Assembly (NCBI GenBank): GCA_038046645.1
Contig: JBBSVU010000024.1
Location: forward strand, 3,141-18,110
Source: an archaeon
GTDB taxonomy: Archaea; Iainarchaeota; Iainarchaeia; Iainarchaeales; 0-14-0-20-34-12
Reading direction: 5' to 3'
Length of the DNA: 14,970 nucleotides
Both the position numbers and the translations under genes were made by a program. The notes below the pieces were generated by a model. That model saw nothing but the letters and a program-made list of their open reading frames with translations, searched no databases and had not been told where the DNA came from. Shown piece by piece: positions 1-8,754 of the stretch. The stretch's first letter is position 1. Each line of letters opens with the position of its first letter.

Positions 1-459
1 AACAAAACAAAAGAATTAGCAAAAAAAATCAAAAATAAAAATTCTATTTACATAATTGGACGTGGCTTAAATTATCCGATTGCTTTGGAATCTGCAATCA
101 AGCTGCAGGAGATAGGTTATATTCATGCAGAGGGTTTTGCCGGCGGTGAATTAAAGCATGGGCCATTGGCTTTAATTGAAAAAAACACACCGTGCATTGC
201 ATTTGTTTCAGAGGATGAGAATAAAAAAGATATTTTGAGCAATGCAGCAGAGGTAAAGGCAAGAGGGGGTTTCATTATAGGGATTGCCCCAAAAAATAAT
301 GCAGTTTTCAATTATTGGATTAAAGTTATGGATGCAAATGACTTAACTATGATTGTAAATCTGATACCTGTGCAATTATTGGCGTATTATTTGGGAGTTG
401 AAAGAGGCCATGATGTAGACTACCCCCGCAACCTTGCGAAATCAGTAACCTGCAAATGA
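1..459 (+). CDS. glmS: Glutamine--fructose-6-phosphate aminotransferase (isomerizing), C-terminal SIS domain; 5' part lies outside the window
   Basis: Frame is open from base 1 (NKTKELAKK...IYIIGRGLNYPIALESAIKLQEIGYIHAEGFAGGELKHGP...PRNLAKSVT). These are hallmark GlmS motifs, and glmM is nearby. Confidence 0.97.
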   Translation, partial: NKTKELAKKIKNKNSIYIIGRGLNYPIALESAIKLQEIGYIHAEGFAGGELKHGPLALIEKNTPCIAFVSEDENKKDILSNAAEVKARGGFIIGIAPKNNAVFNYWIKVMDANDLTMIVNLIPVQLLAYYLGVERGHDVDYPRNLAKSVTCK

Positions 460-500
460 TTATCCTCCAAAATTAGAAAATGTTAGTACTGTAAGATAAG

Positions 501-510
501 TTTTTATATT
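501..510 (+). promoter_or_regulatory. Putative archaeal TATA box for the LAGLIDADG gene at 530
   Basis: TTTTTATATT lies 20-29 nt upstream of ATG 530, and there is no obvious SD. The AT-rich background weakens the call. Confidence 0.4.
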
Positions 511-529
511 ACTTGTTATATATTTTATT

Positions 530-2008
530 ATGGACTTTGTTTTTGATTCGGTAGTACAGAAGGGAAATAATAAAGGAGTAGGTTTTTTGAAAATATCCGA
601 AGTCAGTGATTTATTTGACATAAATCAACAAGTGAGATGCACAATTTTTTCTGATTCTGCCCACCAAGATTTTTTCTCCAAGATTAAGAAATACTCCAAT
701 TCAAAGGGAATTTATGTGCCTAAAGATATTTGTGCAATTAATGACTTTTTTGGGAAAAGAATAAAGGTCAAATTAGCAAAAATAAATGGTTTTTATTCCA
801 AAATAGGAGCTGACGGCAAGTTTTACATCCCACTGGAAGTAGCACAGCAATTAAAATTAGAGGATAAGGATATCCTTAAAATAAAAGTAATATTGCCTGA
901 TGGCAGCGTGCTAGAAAAGTATTCACTGGTGCGATTTAGGGAACATAAGGGATCTTGTGAGTACTCTTTAGTTCTGAATTCAAAACTAAAGGGCATAGGA
1001 GGCATAATTAATCTTGAAAAATTGCAGTCACAGATTTTGAAGAAAAAATCAAATGAATTAGTTATTACTAAACTATTAAAAGGCTTGAATTTTGCGCGGA
1101 TAAATAATGACAAGTTCATTATTCTAGAGCCGAATAAACAACCTATTTTTTTAAGGTCAGACATAAAACTTAAGGATATTGCTTATTATTTGGGGTGTTA
1201 CTTTGCTGATGGAACTAAAAGAGGGAATAGCTGGGCAATTGCAGCTTCAACACTGGAGCAAGCGAGATTTTATTTAGATATGCATGCATTCCTGACATTT
1301 GAATCAGTACTTGATTTTACTCTTTCATATACTAAAAGTAACAAAAATAATATTAGTGAATCAGAATTAATTCGAATTTGGGAAAGTTATTTAGGGATTA
1401 CTAGAATTAAAAGAAGATTTCGCTTTGCTAAAGGCGTTAATGCGGGGAAAACAAATGAGTATGGTACTTTAATTATGCGGAAACACAAAATGTTACTGTT
1501 AGTAGTATATAATAGGCTTTTAGAAATTTTGATATCTGAAATTATTAAAACAAAAAACTTTGATTTGGCAGAAGATTTCATTTGTGGGGTGTTAGAGGGA
1601 GATGGTTGCCCAAATGCTAAAACAAGAGGACACATTATCATTACAACAAACCTAAAAGAATTAAGAATACTGGGTAAGGTATTTAAGTGCTCTGGCATTA
1701 GCTATAAATTAAGGGAAGATTCAAAAGGTAAAAACAATGGAACTATTACAATAGGATCTCTGGAGATATTAAAAAATTTTAATAATCTTAAAGATAAACT
1801 ATTTGCACATTATCCAAAACGGAGGAAATTACTTTTTGAAAGGTTAAAAAAAGTAGGTGGGGTAAGATATATGTTAGGAATGCAGGATTATGCTTCGAGT
1901 TGGGTAAAAGCAGAATTAAAAAAACAAGGTTTATTAAATAATAAATATAAGCTTACTGTGAAAGGTCAGAAAATGGCGGATTATTTTAATAATTTGAATA
2001 TATTTTGA
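530..2008 (+). CDS. Free-standing two-motif LAGLIDADG homing endonuclease-like protein with a long N-terminal region (AbrB/MraZ-like segments)
   Basis: Motifs YYLGCYFADG and FICGVLEGDG. N-terminal segments SKIKKYSNSKGIYVPKDI and SKIGADGKFYIPLEVAQQLKLEDKDILKIKV resemble AbrB swapped hairpins. No intein splice motifs. Confidence 0.8.
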   Translation: MDFVFDSVVQKGNNKGVGFLKISEVSDLFDINQQVRCTIFSDSAHQDFFSKIKKYSNSKGIYVPKDICAINDFFGKRIKVKLAKINGFYSKIGADGKFYIPLEVAQQLKLEDKDILKIKVILPDGSVLEKYSLVRFREHKGSCEYSLVLNSKLKGIGGIINLEKLQSQILKKKSNELVITKLLKGLNFARINNDKFIILEPNKQPIFLRSDIKLKDIAYYLGCYFADGTKRGNSWAIAASTLEQARFYLDMHAFLTFESVLDFTLSYTKSNKNNISESELIRIWESYLGITRIKRRFRFAKGVNAGKTNEYGTLIMRKHKMLLLVVYNRLLEILISEIIKTKNFDLAEDFICGVLEGDGCPNAKTRGHIIITTNLKELRILGKVFKCSGISYKLREDSKGKNNGTITIGSLEILKNFNNLKDKLFAHYPKRRKLLFERLKKVGGVRYMLGMQDYASSWVKAELKKQGLLNNKYKLTVKGQKMADYFNNLNIF

Positions 2009-2009
2009 T

Positions 2010-3377
2010 GTGATGGTTTTGAACAAAAGAAAATTATTCGGAACAGATGGCATACGCGGAAAATCAAACCTTTATCCAATGATATCTGAAGTAGCCATAA
2101 AAGTAGGAAGAGGCGTTGCTTGCTTATACAAAGACAAGAATGTTGCAAGAGAGCACAGAATAGTGATAGGAAAGGATACAAGAAGATCAGGTTATATGTT
2201 TGAGAATGCTTTAACCGCAGGAATACTTGCAGAAAATGTTGATGTTTTGTTGACAGGCCCAGTGCCCACTCCAGCAATCGCTTATTTAACAAAAGCATTG
2301 AATTGTGATGCAGGCATAATGATTTCAGCTTCACACAACCCTGCTGAGGACAATGGGATAAAAATTTTTTCTTATAAAGGGTACAAATTGAAAGATTACC
2401 GGGAAGAACAGATTGAGAATACTGTTTTTTCTGATTATTGCGAGGCCGAATCCAAAAGAAACATGGTTGGAAAGGCAAAAAGGATTGAGGATGCCTCTGG
2501 CAGGTATATTGAATTCCTAAAACATACGATAAATTATAATTCTTTAGAAGGCTTGAGGGTTGTTTTGGATTGTGCAAATGGTGCTGCATATAAAATTGCG
2601 CCGCAGCTTTTTACAGAGTTAAAAGCAGATGTCATTCCAATTAATGTCTCCCCGGATGGCTATAACATAAACAAGGATTGCGGTGCATTACATCCGGAAG
2701 CAATGCAAAAAGCAGTGCTTGAACATAAGGCAGATTTAGGCATTGCCCTTGACGGGGATGCCGACCGCTTAATTGTCTGTGATGATAAAGGAAATATCCT
2801 TGACGGCGATTATTTAATGGCAATCTTTGCAATTGAATTGAAAAAACAAAAGAAACTTAAAAAAGATACCATAGTTTCAACAGTTATGAGCAATTATGGC
2901 CTGGATGAATGCATGAAAAAGCATAAAATAAAAATTGTTAAAGCAGATGTTGGCGACAGATTTGTAATTGAAAAATTAAGGTCTGATGGTTATTCCTTTG
3001 GAGGGGAGCAATCAGGCCACATTATATTTGCAGAGCATTCCACAACAGGTGATGGTTTGCTTTCAGCACTGCAATTGTGCAATATCCTTGTGCAGCAGAA
3101 GAAAAAAATGTCAGAACTGGCAAAAATTCTCCATAAATATCCCCAAATTTTAATTAATATCAAAGTCAAGGAGAAAATTCCTCTTGACAAAATTCCCGAA
3201 TTTGTTTCCGAGAAAAGGAAATCTGAAAGATTGCTTAGGAATAAGGGAAGGCTGCTTGTCCGCTATTCAGGCACTGAGAATATTTGCAGGGTAATGGTTG
3301 AAGGAAAAGATGATTGCAAGATAAAAGAAATTGCCTCTGTTTTAGTAAATGCAATAAGCAAAGAAATTGGAGCTTAA
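2010..3377 (+). CDS. glmM: Phosphoglucosamine mutase
   Basis: LFGTDGIRG, IGKDTRRSG, catalytic ISASHNP, metal loop DGDADR, GGEQSGH, RYSGTE. The start may be ATG 2013. Confidence 0.97.
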   Translation: MMVLNKRKLFGTDGIRGKSNLYPMISEVAIKVGRGVACLYKDKNVAREHRIVIGKDTRRSGYMFENALTAGILAENVDVLLTGPVPTPAIAYLTKALNCDAGIMISASHNPAEDNGIKIFSYKGYKLKDYREEQIENTVFSDYCEAESKRNMVGKAKRIEDASGRYIEFLKHTINYNSLEGLRVVLDCANGAAYKIAPQLFTELKADVIPINVSPDGYNINKDCGALHPEAMQKAVLEHKADLGIALDGDADRLIVCDDKGNILDGDYLMAIFAIELKKQKKLKKDTIVSTVMSNYGLDECMKKHKIKIVKADVGDRFVIEKLRSDGYSFGGEQSGHIIFAEHSTTGDGLLSALQLCNILVQQKKKMSELAKILHKYPQILINIKVKEKIPLDKIPEFVSEKRKSERLLRNKGRLLVRYSGTENICRVMVEGKDDCKIKEIASVLVNAISKEIGA

Positions 3378-3378
3378 T

Positions 3379-4266
3379 ATGAAAAATCTGCAGTTTTACC
3401 TTCTTTTAGCATTTACAATAATTTATACTGCAACATTGCCTGCTGTTTTTAAAATTACCCTGCGCGAGGTAAGTGTTGAGCAGATAACCTTCTTTAATTA
3501 TTTCATAGGTTTTGTCTTGTATTTGTTGTGGTTTATTTCAAGGAAGCAACTGCATCTTGTTAAAGAATCTTTTTCAAAGATCCATTATTTTATTTTTATA
3601 GCCTTTTTCGGCTTGTTCCTTAACAGGTTTCTTTACCTTCATGCATTTAATTTTATTCAGGCCACAGAGGCAAATATTTTGTATTATACCTATCCCCTAG
3701 GTATTGCATTGCTCGGGTTTCTTGTACTGAAAGAGAAATTAAAAAAAACTGACCTTATCGGATTGTTGTTAGGTTTTATTGGCGCTTTTGTAGTGATAAC
3801 AAAATTAGATTTTTCCCTTTTTAGCCTTAACCTTGTTGGGGATACTTTGGCAATAGCCGGTGGCTTAGCATATGCTTCATATTTAATTTTTTCTAAAAAA
3901 TTTAAATTTAACCTTATGGTAATAGTTATTTATTCTGACTTTTTTGCCTCTTTGTTTGCAGCAATTTATATTGCTTTATTCTCCAGTTTTTCAATCCCTT
4001 CTTCTTTAGGAATAGCAGGCCTGCTTTATATTGGGTTAGCTGATGCTATCCTGATTTACTTATTTATCCTATTGCTCAGGGAAGCAAATACCTTTAGAAT
4101 AGCAAGTTCCTTTTATGCCATCCCCTTTGTAGCAACATTATTAAATTACCTCATATTAAATGAAATTATATATCCTTCATATATCCTTGGCCTAATATTG
4201 TTGGTTGCAGGGATATTGATACAAAATAAAGGAAAGTGGAAAAAAGTGGAAGTAACTGAAGAGTGA
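3379..4266 (+). CDS. EamA/DMT family transporter
   Basis: About 295 aa with roughly 10 hydrophobic segments in two repeats (YTYPLGIALLGFLVLKEK and IPFVATLLNYLILNE). ATG 3379 follows the glmM stop. Confidence 0.92.
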   Translation: MKNLQFYLLLAFTIIYTATLPAVFKITLREVSVEQITFFNYFIGFVLYLLWFISRKQLHLVKESFSKIHYFIFIAFFGLFLNRFLYLHAFNFIQATEANILYYTYPLGIALLGFLVLKEKLKKTDLIGLLLGFIGAFVVITKLDFSLFSLNLVGDTLAIAGGLAYASYLIFSKKFKFNLMVIVIYSDFFASLFAAIYIALFSSFSIPSSLGIAGLLYIGLADAILIYLFILLLREANTFRIASSFYAIPFVATLLNYLILNEIIYPSYILGLILLVAGILIQNKGKWKKVEVTEE

Positions 4267-4932
4267 ATGGGAAGTGGAAAAATGCAGCTTAATGATTCTT
4301 TTGAAAATAATTTGTCAGAATTCATAAAGTTCTTGAAAAAAGAATTAAATGCCGGGGAGGAATTCGAATTCTGGCACAGCTTGGATGAGCTTGAGCACAT
4401 ATTTACTAAATTAAAAAACAAAAATTATGGAAAAATCGAGAAAAATGTCCATATTGGAGGCTGCTTGTTTCTTGAAAATGGCGCAGTAATAAAAGCAGGC
4501 ACAAGGATTGAAGGAAATGTTTATGTTGGTGCAAATTCTGTTATAGGGCCAAATGCCTATTTGAGGAAAGATGTTTATGTCGGGGAGAACTGCCATATTG
4601 CAAACTCTGAAATAAAAAATTCCATAATCTTGGACAATACAAATATTCCGCACTATTCCTATGTTGGTGATTCCATTCTAGGGAATGACATAAATTTAGG
4701 GGCAGGGACAAAGATAGCCAATTTAAGGTTTGATGACAAAACAATAACTGTTCAGGTTGGCAGCAAAAAGATTGATTCAGGCAGAAGAAAACTAGGTTCT
4801 TTGATAAATTCAGGCACAAAAACAGGCATCAATTCCACAATCTACTGCGGGAAAATCATTGGGAAAGGCTGTTTCATTTACCCTGGAAGGATTGTTGACC
4901 GCAATTTGAAAGATAATGAAATTGTAAAATAA
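4267..4932 (+). CDS. Glucosamine-1-phosphate N-acetyltransferase-like protein (GlmU C-terminal left-handed beta-helix domain only)
   Basis: Hexapeptide repeats, IGPNAYLR, EIKNSII, PHYSYVGDSILG, NLGAGTKIANLRFD and SGRRKLG, as in the archaeal GlmU C-terminus. No nucleotidyltransferase domain. The start may be ATG 4282. Confidence 0.85.
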   Translation: MGSGKMQLNDSFENNLSEFIKFLKKELNAGEEFEFWHSLDELEHIFTKLKNKNYGKIEKNVHIGGCLFLENGAVIKAGTRIEGNVYVGANSVIGPNAYLRKDVYVGENCHIANSEIKNSIILDNTNIPHYSYVGDSILGNDINLGAGTKIANLRFDDKTITVQVGSKKIDSGRRKLGSLINSGTKTGINSTIYCGKIIGKGCFIYPGRIVDRNLKDNEIVK

Positions 4933-4975
4933 GTCCATTTACTGTTTTTCACAATTCATGCAGTAAACTATTTTT

Positions 4976-7900
4976 TCAAATCATCATTTTTCTTCCAGTA
5001 ATAGCATCAATTGTTACAATTCTTGTCTGCCCGTTTGGCTGCTTGAATTCTGCTTGGTAAACAGGCCAGTACACCTCATTAACCCTCTGGACAATCAGGT
5101 TTGGCCATATTTTTTTCAGCAAAGAGATAACATCCTGCTTTGTTATCTTTTCTTCAATCTTCAATAAAGCCTCACTTTCTTCTACCTCTAAATTAGACAA
5201 AGAATTCAGCAAAGGATGCAATGGATTATTTGGCAAATCAAACCTTTTGATTAATTTGTATGTTTTTATCCCATTTTTATTAAGCAAGCCAACAATATTC
5301 CTGCTTTTTAAGTCATCAAGCAACCTATTGCATTTCTGCTCAGCAAACCCTGTTTTATTCATCAATTGTTCAAGTGTCTTTTCATTCCTGCCAAGGTAAT
5401 TAAGAAGTATAATTTCATCCTCTTTTAGCTGGTAAAAGTCTTTAAGCCCTTCGGATTCAACAAATTGGCTGTTTGCGAACTGCAGGAATTCACCGCTTGC
5501 TGAGTTTATGAAAAATACGCCCTGCTTGAACTGGTGTTCTTTGGTATAATAATTGAAAATTACCTTAAACACAGGAATATTTGTCAATTCAATATTATCC
5601 AAGAATTCCTGTTTTCCTAAAATGCCTAAAAGCCCTTTCTGCCTGTATTTGTTTGCAAGCAGGTTTGCTTCTTTTTCGCCTACCTGCGGGGAGAATTGCA
5701 AAAGATCAGGCTCAGATTTTGCTTTTTTCTCAGGCTCTTCTCCTTCATCTTCAACAATATCCTCAAAATCCTCATCTTTTAATTCAGGTTCTTCCCCATC
5801 TTCAATATGTTCATCTGCCATTGGTTTCTCTTCTTTTTCTTCAATTAATGAAATAACATTGTCTTCATCATTTAGGTAAGCGCCTTTTTCAAGCAAAAGC
5901 TCAAGCACATTTTTTAATTTGCCTGCAGATGAATATTTTTCATTTAAGTCCTTCACAATCTGTTCAAGCCTTTTCACAGGCATGTTTTTCTTTGAACCAA
6001 GTTCTGAAAAAGCAGATTCAGCCGCTAGATTCTCAACATTTTTCGGTGATAATTCTTTTTTTCTTTCAACACTTTCCGCTTCCCTTCCTTCATGCTGTGA
6101 CATCCTTGGCCGTATTGACATTACAAACGACCTTGATGTTTCATCAACCCTATCCCCAACAAGTGCTTTTCCGACTGGCAGTGTTTTTATGAAACTGCTT
6201 CTTTTGAAATATGCGGGAATTATGGTAGGGGTTCTTTTGAATACTGCTTTTATGTCATCATTGAATATTAATTTGTGTGCAATTATTACATCCAATTGGC
6301 TTAGTACTTTGGAGTCGATTGCACTTGGTTGTTGTGTTGCAAATACCAATGAACAGCCAGGCCTTCTCCCCTGTTTTACATATTCAATTAAGGCTTCGCT
6401 TGCAGCTGTCTTTACATTTCCCGCAGGCATTAATGTATGCGCTTCATCAATAAACAGCCAGGTCGGAGGTATGTCTATCTCCAATAAATCTTCGCTTTTT
6501 TCACTGTCAAATCGCTCTGCTGCCTCATGCCTTGTTGAGATTTTTCTTGCCGCCAGAATTCTTCTTGCGAGTATTCCTATAACTAATGCACTTACATTAT
6601 CATCAAGGAATGATGTGTCAATAATTGTCAATTGATTTTCTTTGCTTAATTCAGAAAGTGGAGTGCCTCTTTTATCGAAAACCCCCCAGCTTTTTGCGCT
6701 GTCAAATCTTGAGGTTAAAGCCCTTATCGAATCTGATTTATATCCTCTATCTTTTGAATTTATATCTGCATCATTTTCCATGCAAAATATTATATCTTCT
6801 AAAGAATAATTGTTCCCAAATCCCTTGATTGCTTTTCCTTCTTTTGTCCTGAAACCATTTTTTACCTTATATACTGTATGGTCTAGCAATAATCCTGTAG
6901 GTGAAAACCTATCAATACCAAAGGTTAAGCACCAATCTTGCGGCGTAAGCAATGAAGGCTGCATTGCATATGTTGCATCATATGTTCCCTTAGGCGTGCT
7001 TTTTTCTACCCCTCTTGGAATAAATACTTTCAAATTTTCCAATCCCTTTGGTTTTAATCCCCATTCCTTTAAGGTCTGGAGTTCTTTTTCTTCCTTGTTA
7101 GGGAATTTCATGCTCCAAAAAACGCCAATAGGGTCAATTACAATCTGCCCAATATTTTTGTTTTTTAATGCAAGCTCTTCAGCAAGTACCCCTAAAAGGT
7201 AAGACTTTCCACTGCCGCGCGCGCCGCAAACAAATACCACATGCGGATTTAATCCATCTAGGCAAATATTCTTCTTGTAATTTGCTTCATCAACCTTCCC
7301 GATGAATAATGATGCTTCCTCACCATATTTATCATAAACAGATTTTTTTCGCCCGATAAAACTAACTGTGCCGTCCTTGTTTTGCAGCAATCTTAAATCA
7401 GGCTTTATTGCTGATTCATCCCCGACATCAGCATCTTCTGGAATATTTTCACTTAAATCCTTATCTGCTTTCTCTTCATCTCCGTCATCTTGTTTATCTG
7501 GTATTTTTTCTTTTTGTGGTTCAGGTTTCATTTCTAAAATTTTTGGAGTTTCTTTTTTCTCTTCCCTTATTTTAACATCTTCCTTTTTTTCTTGTCCAAT
7601 ATTAACATCTTTTTTATCAAGTTCTTCTGTTTTTTCATCAGCTGCTGGCAATTCTTTCAAAATTGCAATCTTTTTTTTCTTTGGCTTGTTCAGGCTGAGC
7701 AATCTTTCTTTTAACCCTGATTTTTTATTTTCCTCTTTTTCATCCTTCTTAGGCTCTTTTTCTGCATTTTTCACTTTTTCTTTTTCACTTACGTTTTTCT
7801 CTTCTTTATTATTGGTTTTTTCTTCGCTTGCAGATTCTTTTGCCATTTCTTCATTAGCCTTTTCAATATCCTTATTCTTTTTGCCTTGCATATCCTTGAT

Positions 7901-8020
7901 TTTCGCCTCTAGCCTTTTCTTTCCTTCCTCTATTTCATCATCCTTTCCGAACATTGAGTCAAATAAGTCTTCTTTCTCAATCTCTTCATTCGATTCAATA
8001 CGGCTTTCTTCTATCTCCAT
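4976..8020 (-). CDS. HerA/FtsK-superfamily (DUF87) P-loop ATPase with a charged low-complexity N-terminus and C-terminal wHTH/PepSY-like region
   Basis: Walker A GARGSGKS, IDPIG, Walker B WLFIDEAH and KQGRRPGCSLVFATQQPS (HerA GR..G...ATQ.P motif). Confidence 0.88.
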   Translation of the reverse strand: MEIEESRIESNEEIEKEDLFDSMFGKDDEIEEGKKRLEAKIKDMQGKKNKDIEKANEEMAKESASEEKTNNKEEKNVSEKEKVKNAEKEPKKDEKEENKKSGLKERLLSLNKPKKKKIAILKELPAADEKTEELDKKDVNIGQEKKEDVKIREEKKETPKILEMKPEPQKEKIPDKQDDGDEEKADKDLSENIPEDADVGDESAIKPDLRLLQNKDGTVSFIGRKKSVYDKYGEEASLFIGKVDEANYKKNICLDGLNPHVVFVCGARGSGKSYLLGVLAEELALKNKNIGQIVIDPIGVFWSMKFPNKEEKELQTLKEWGLKPKGLENLKVFIPRGVEKSTPKGTYDATYAMQPSLLTPQDWCLTFGIDRFSPTGLLLDHTVYKVKNGFRTKEGKAIKGFGNNYSLEDIIFCMENDADINSKDRGYKSDSIRALTSRFDSAKSWGVFDKRGTPLSELSKENQLTIIDTSFLDDNVSALVIGILARRILAARKISTRHEAAERFDSEKSEDLLEIDIPPTWLFIDEAHTLMPAGNVKTAASEALIEYVKQGRRPGCSLVFATQQPSAIDSKVLSQLDVIIAHKLIFNDDIKAVFKRTPTIIPAYFKRSSFIKTLPVGKALVGDRVDETSRSFVMSIRPRMSQHEGREAESVERKKELSPKNVENLAAESAFSELGSKKNMPVKRLEQIVKDLNEKYSSAGKLKNVLELLLEKGAYLNDEDNVISLIEEKEEKPMADEHIEDGEEPELKDEDFEDIVEDEGEEPEKKAKSEPDLLQFSPQVGEKEANLLANKYRQKGLLGILGKQEFLDNIELTNIPVFKVIFNYYTKEHQFKQGVFFINSASGEFLQFANSQFVESEGLKDFYQLKEDEIILLNYLGRNEKTLEQLMNKTGFAEQKCNRLLDDLKSRNIVGLLNKNGIKTYKLIKRFDLPNNPLHPLLNSLSNLEVEESEALLKIEEKITKQDVISLLKKIWPNLIVQRVNEVYWPVYQAEFKQPNGQTRIVTIDAITGRKMMI

Positions 8021-8158
8021 AATATCCCTTGCTAAAAACGCTATAACTAATATATCATTATTATTAAAAAAGCTAATTGATTTGAATATGCAGTCAAAAT
8101 GTATTAATATGAGTTACTTCTTATTATTAAAAGTATTTTTGGGATTAAAGGTGATTTA

Positions 8159-8626
8159 ATGGGAAAACTTGAGACCTTAAGGGATGTAATGGCAATCATA
8201 AGGGATTTCCTTCTGATTATTGTCCTTTTTGGGCTTATTGTTGGAATAGTCTTGTTAGGTATGTTGCTAATGGGATTAATAAATACAATACAAACACAGG
8301 GACTTTCAGGAATATTGCCACTGGTTGGCGGTATGGCTGCCGGAAGCTTAGGAAATTCCGGCTCCAGTTCTTCTTATGCCCAAGGGAAATATACTATGGA
8401 TTCTGAGACGCAGCAGATTTTTACTGAATTAAGTGATGCCATGAATAGCCAGGATGTAGTAGCACTCTCCACAAAGCTTGATGAGCTTGAAAAACATTTT
8501 ACTGGCAAGGGCATGACTGATGCTGCAGATTTGACAAAAAAAGTAAAAACTTCAATGATGACAGGGGATATAGCCGGCGCTCAGGAATATGGAACACAGC
8601 TTTTTAGCCTATTTAAACAGTCATAA
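8159..8626 (+). CDS. Hypothetical membrane-anchored protein
   Basis: N-terminal hydrophobic helix, G/S-rich linker and helical C-terminal domain. AGGTGA SD at 8149-8154. Confidence 0.8.
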   Translation: MGKLETLRDVMAIIRDFLLIIVLFGLIVGIVLLGMLLMGLINTIQTQGLSGILPLVGGMAAGSLGNSGSSSSYAQGKYTMDSETQQIFTELSDAMNSQDVVALSTKLDELEKHFTGKGMTDAADLTKKVKTSMMTGDIAGAQEYGTQLFSLFKQS

Positions 8627-8725
8627 CAATTACATTTATTTTTAACTACCCGATCTGGAAATCTGCTGCGTTTTACAATATAACGGGCAGTAAACAGTTT
8701 ACGGGAAATCCACTCTTCCAAATCC

Positions 8726-8733
8726 TTTATAAA
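8726..8733 (+). promoter_or_regulatory. Archaeal TATA box (TTTATAAA) upstream of the LAGLIDADG/tRNA unit
   Basis: Consensus TTTATAAA lies 22-29 nt upstream of ATG 8755, consistent with a leaderless transcript. Confidence 0.6.
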
Positions 8734-8754
8734 TATCAAAGCAGCGATGTTGTT

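Noticed and set aside
530..2008. Intein or intron origin for the first LAGLIDADG
   Set aside because: glmS ends with a stop after its conserved tail and glmM starts intact. There are no intein block motifs, no terminal HN and no evident split exons.
1981..2589. 202-aa minus-strand ORF
   Set aside because: Antisense to glmM, with no recognisable motifs.
4231..4282. Repeated AAGTGGAA motifs at the EamA/acetyltransferase junction
   Set aside because: Short, low-complexity and within coding sequence; not enough to call a target-site duplication.
4938..4967. TTTACTG/CAGTAAA inverted repeat between convergent genes
   Set aside because: A 7-bp stem with a 16-nt loop is too weak to call a terminator.
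5553..8159. Long plus-strand ORFs (5553-5879, 5919-6635, 6810-7202, 7368-8159)
   Set aside because: Antisense shadows of the HerA-like gene; their S/F-rich composition mirrors its E/K codons.
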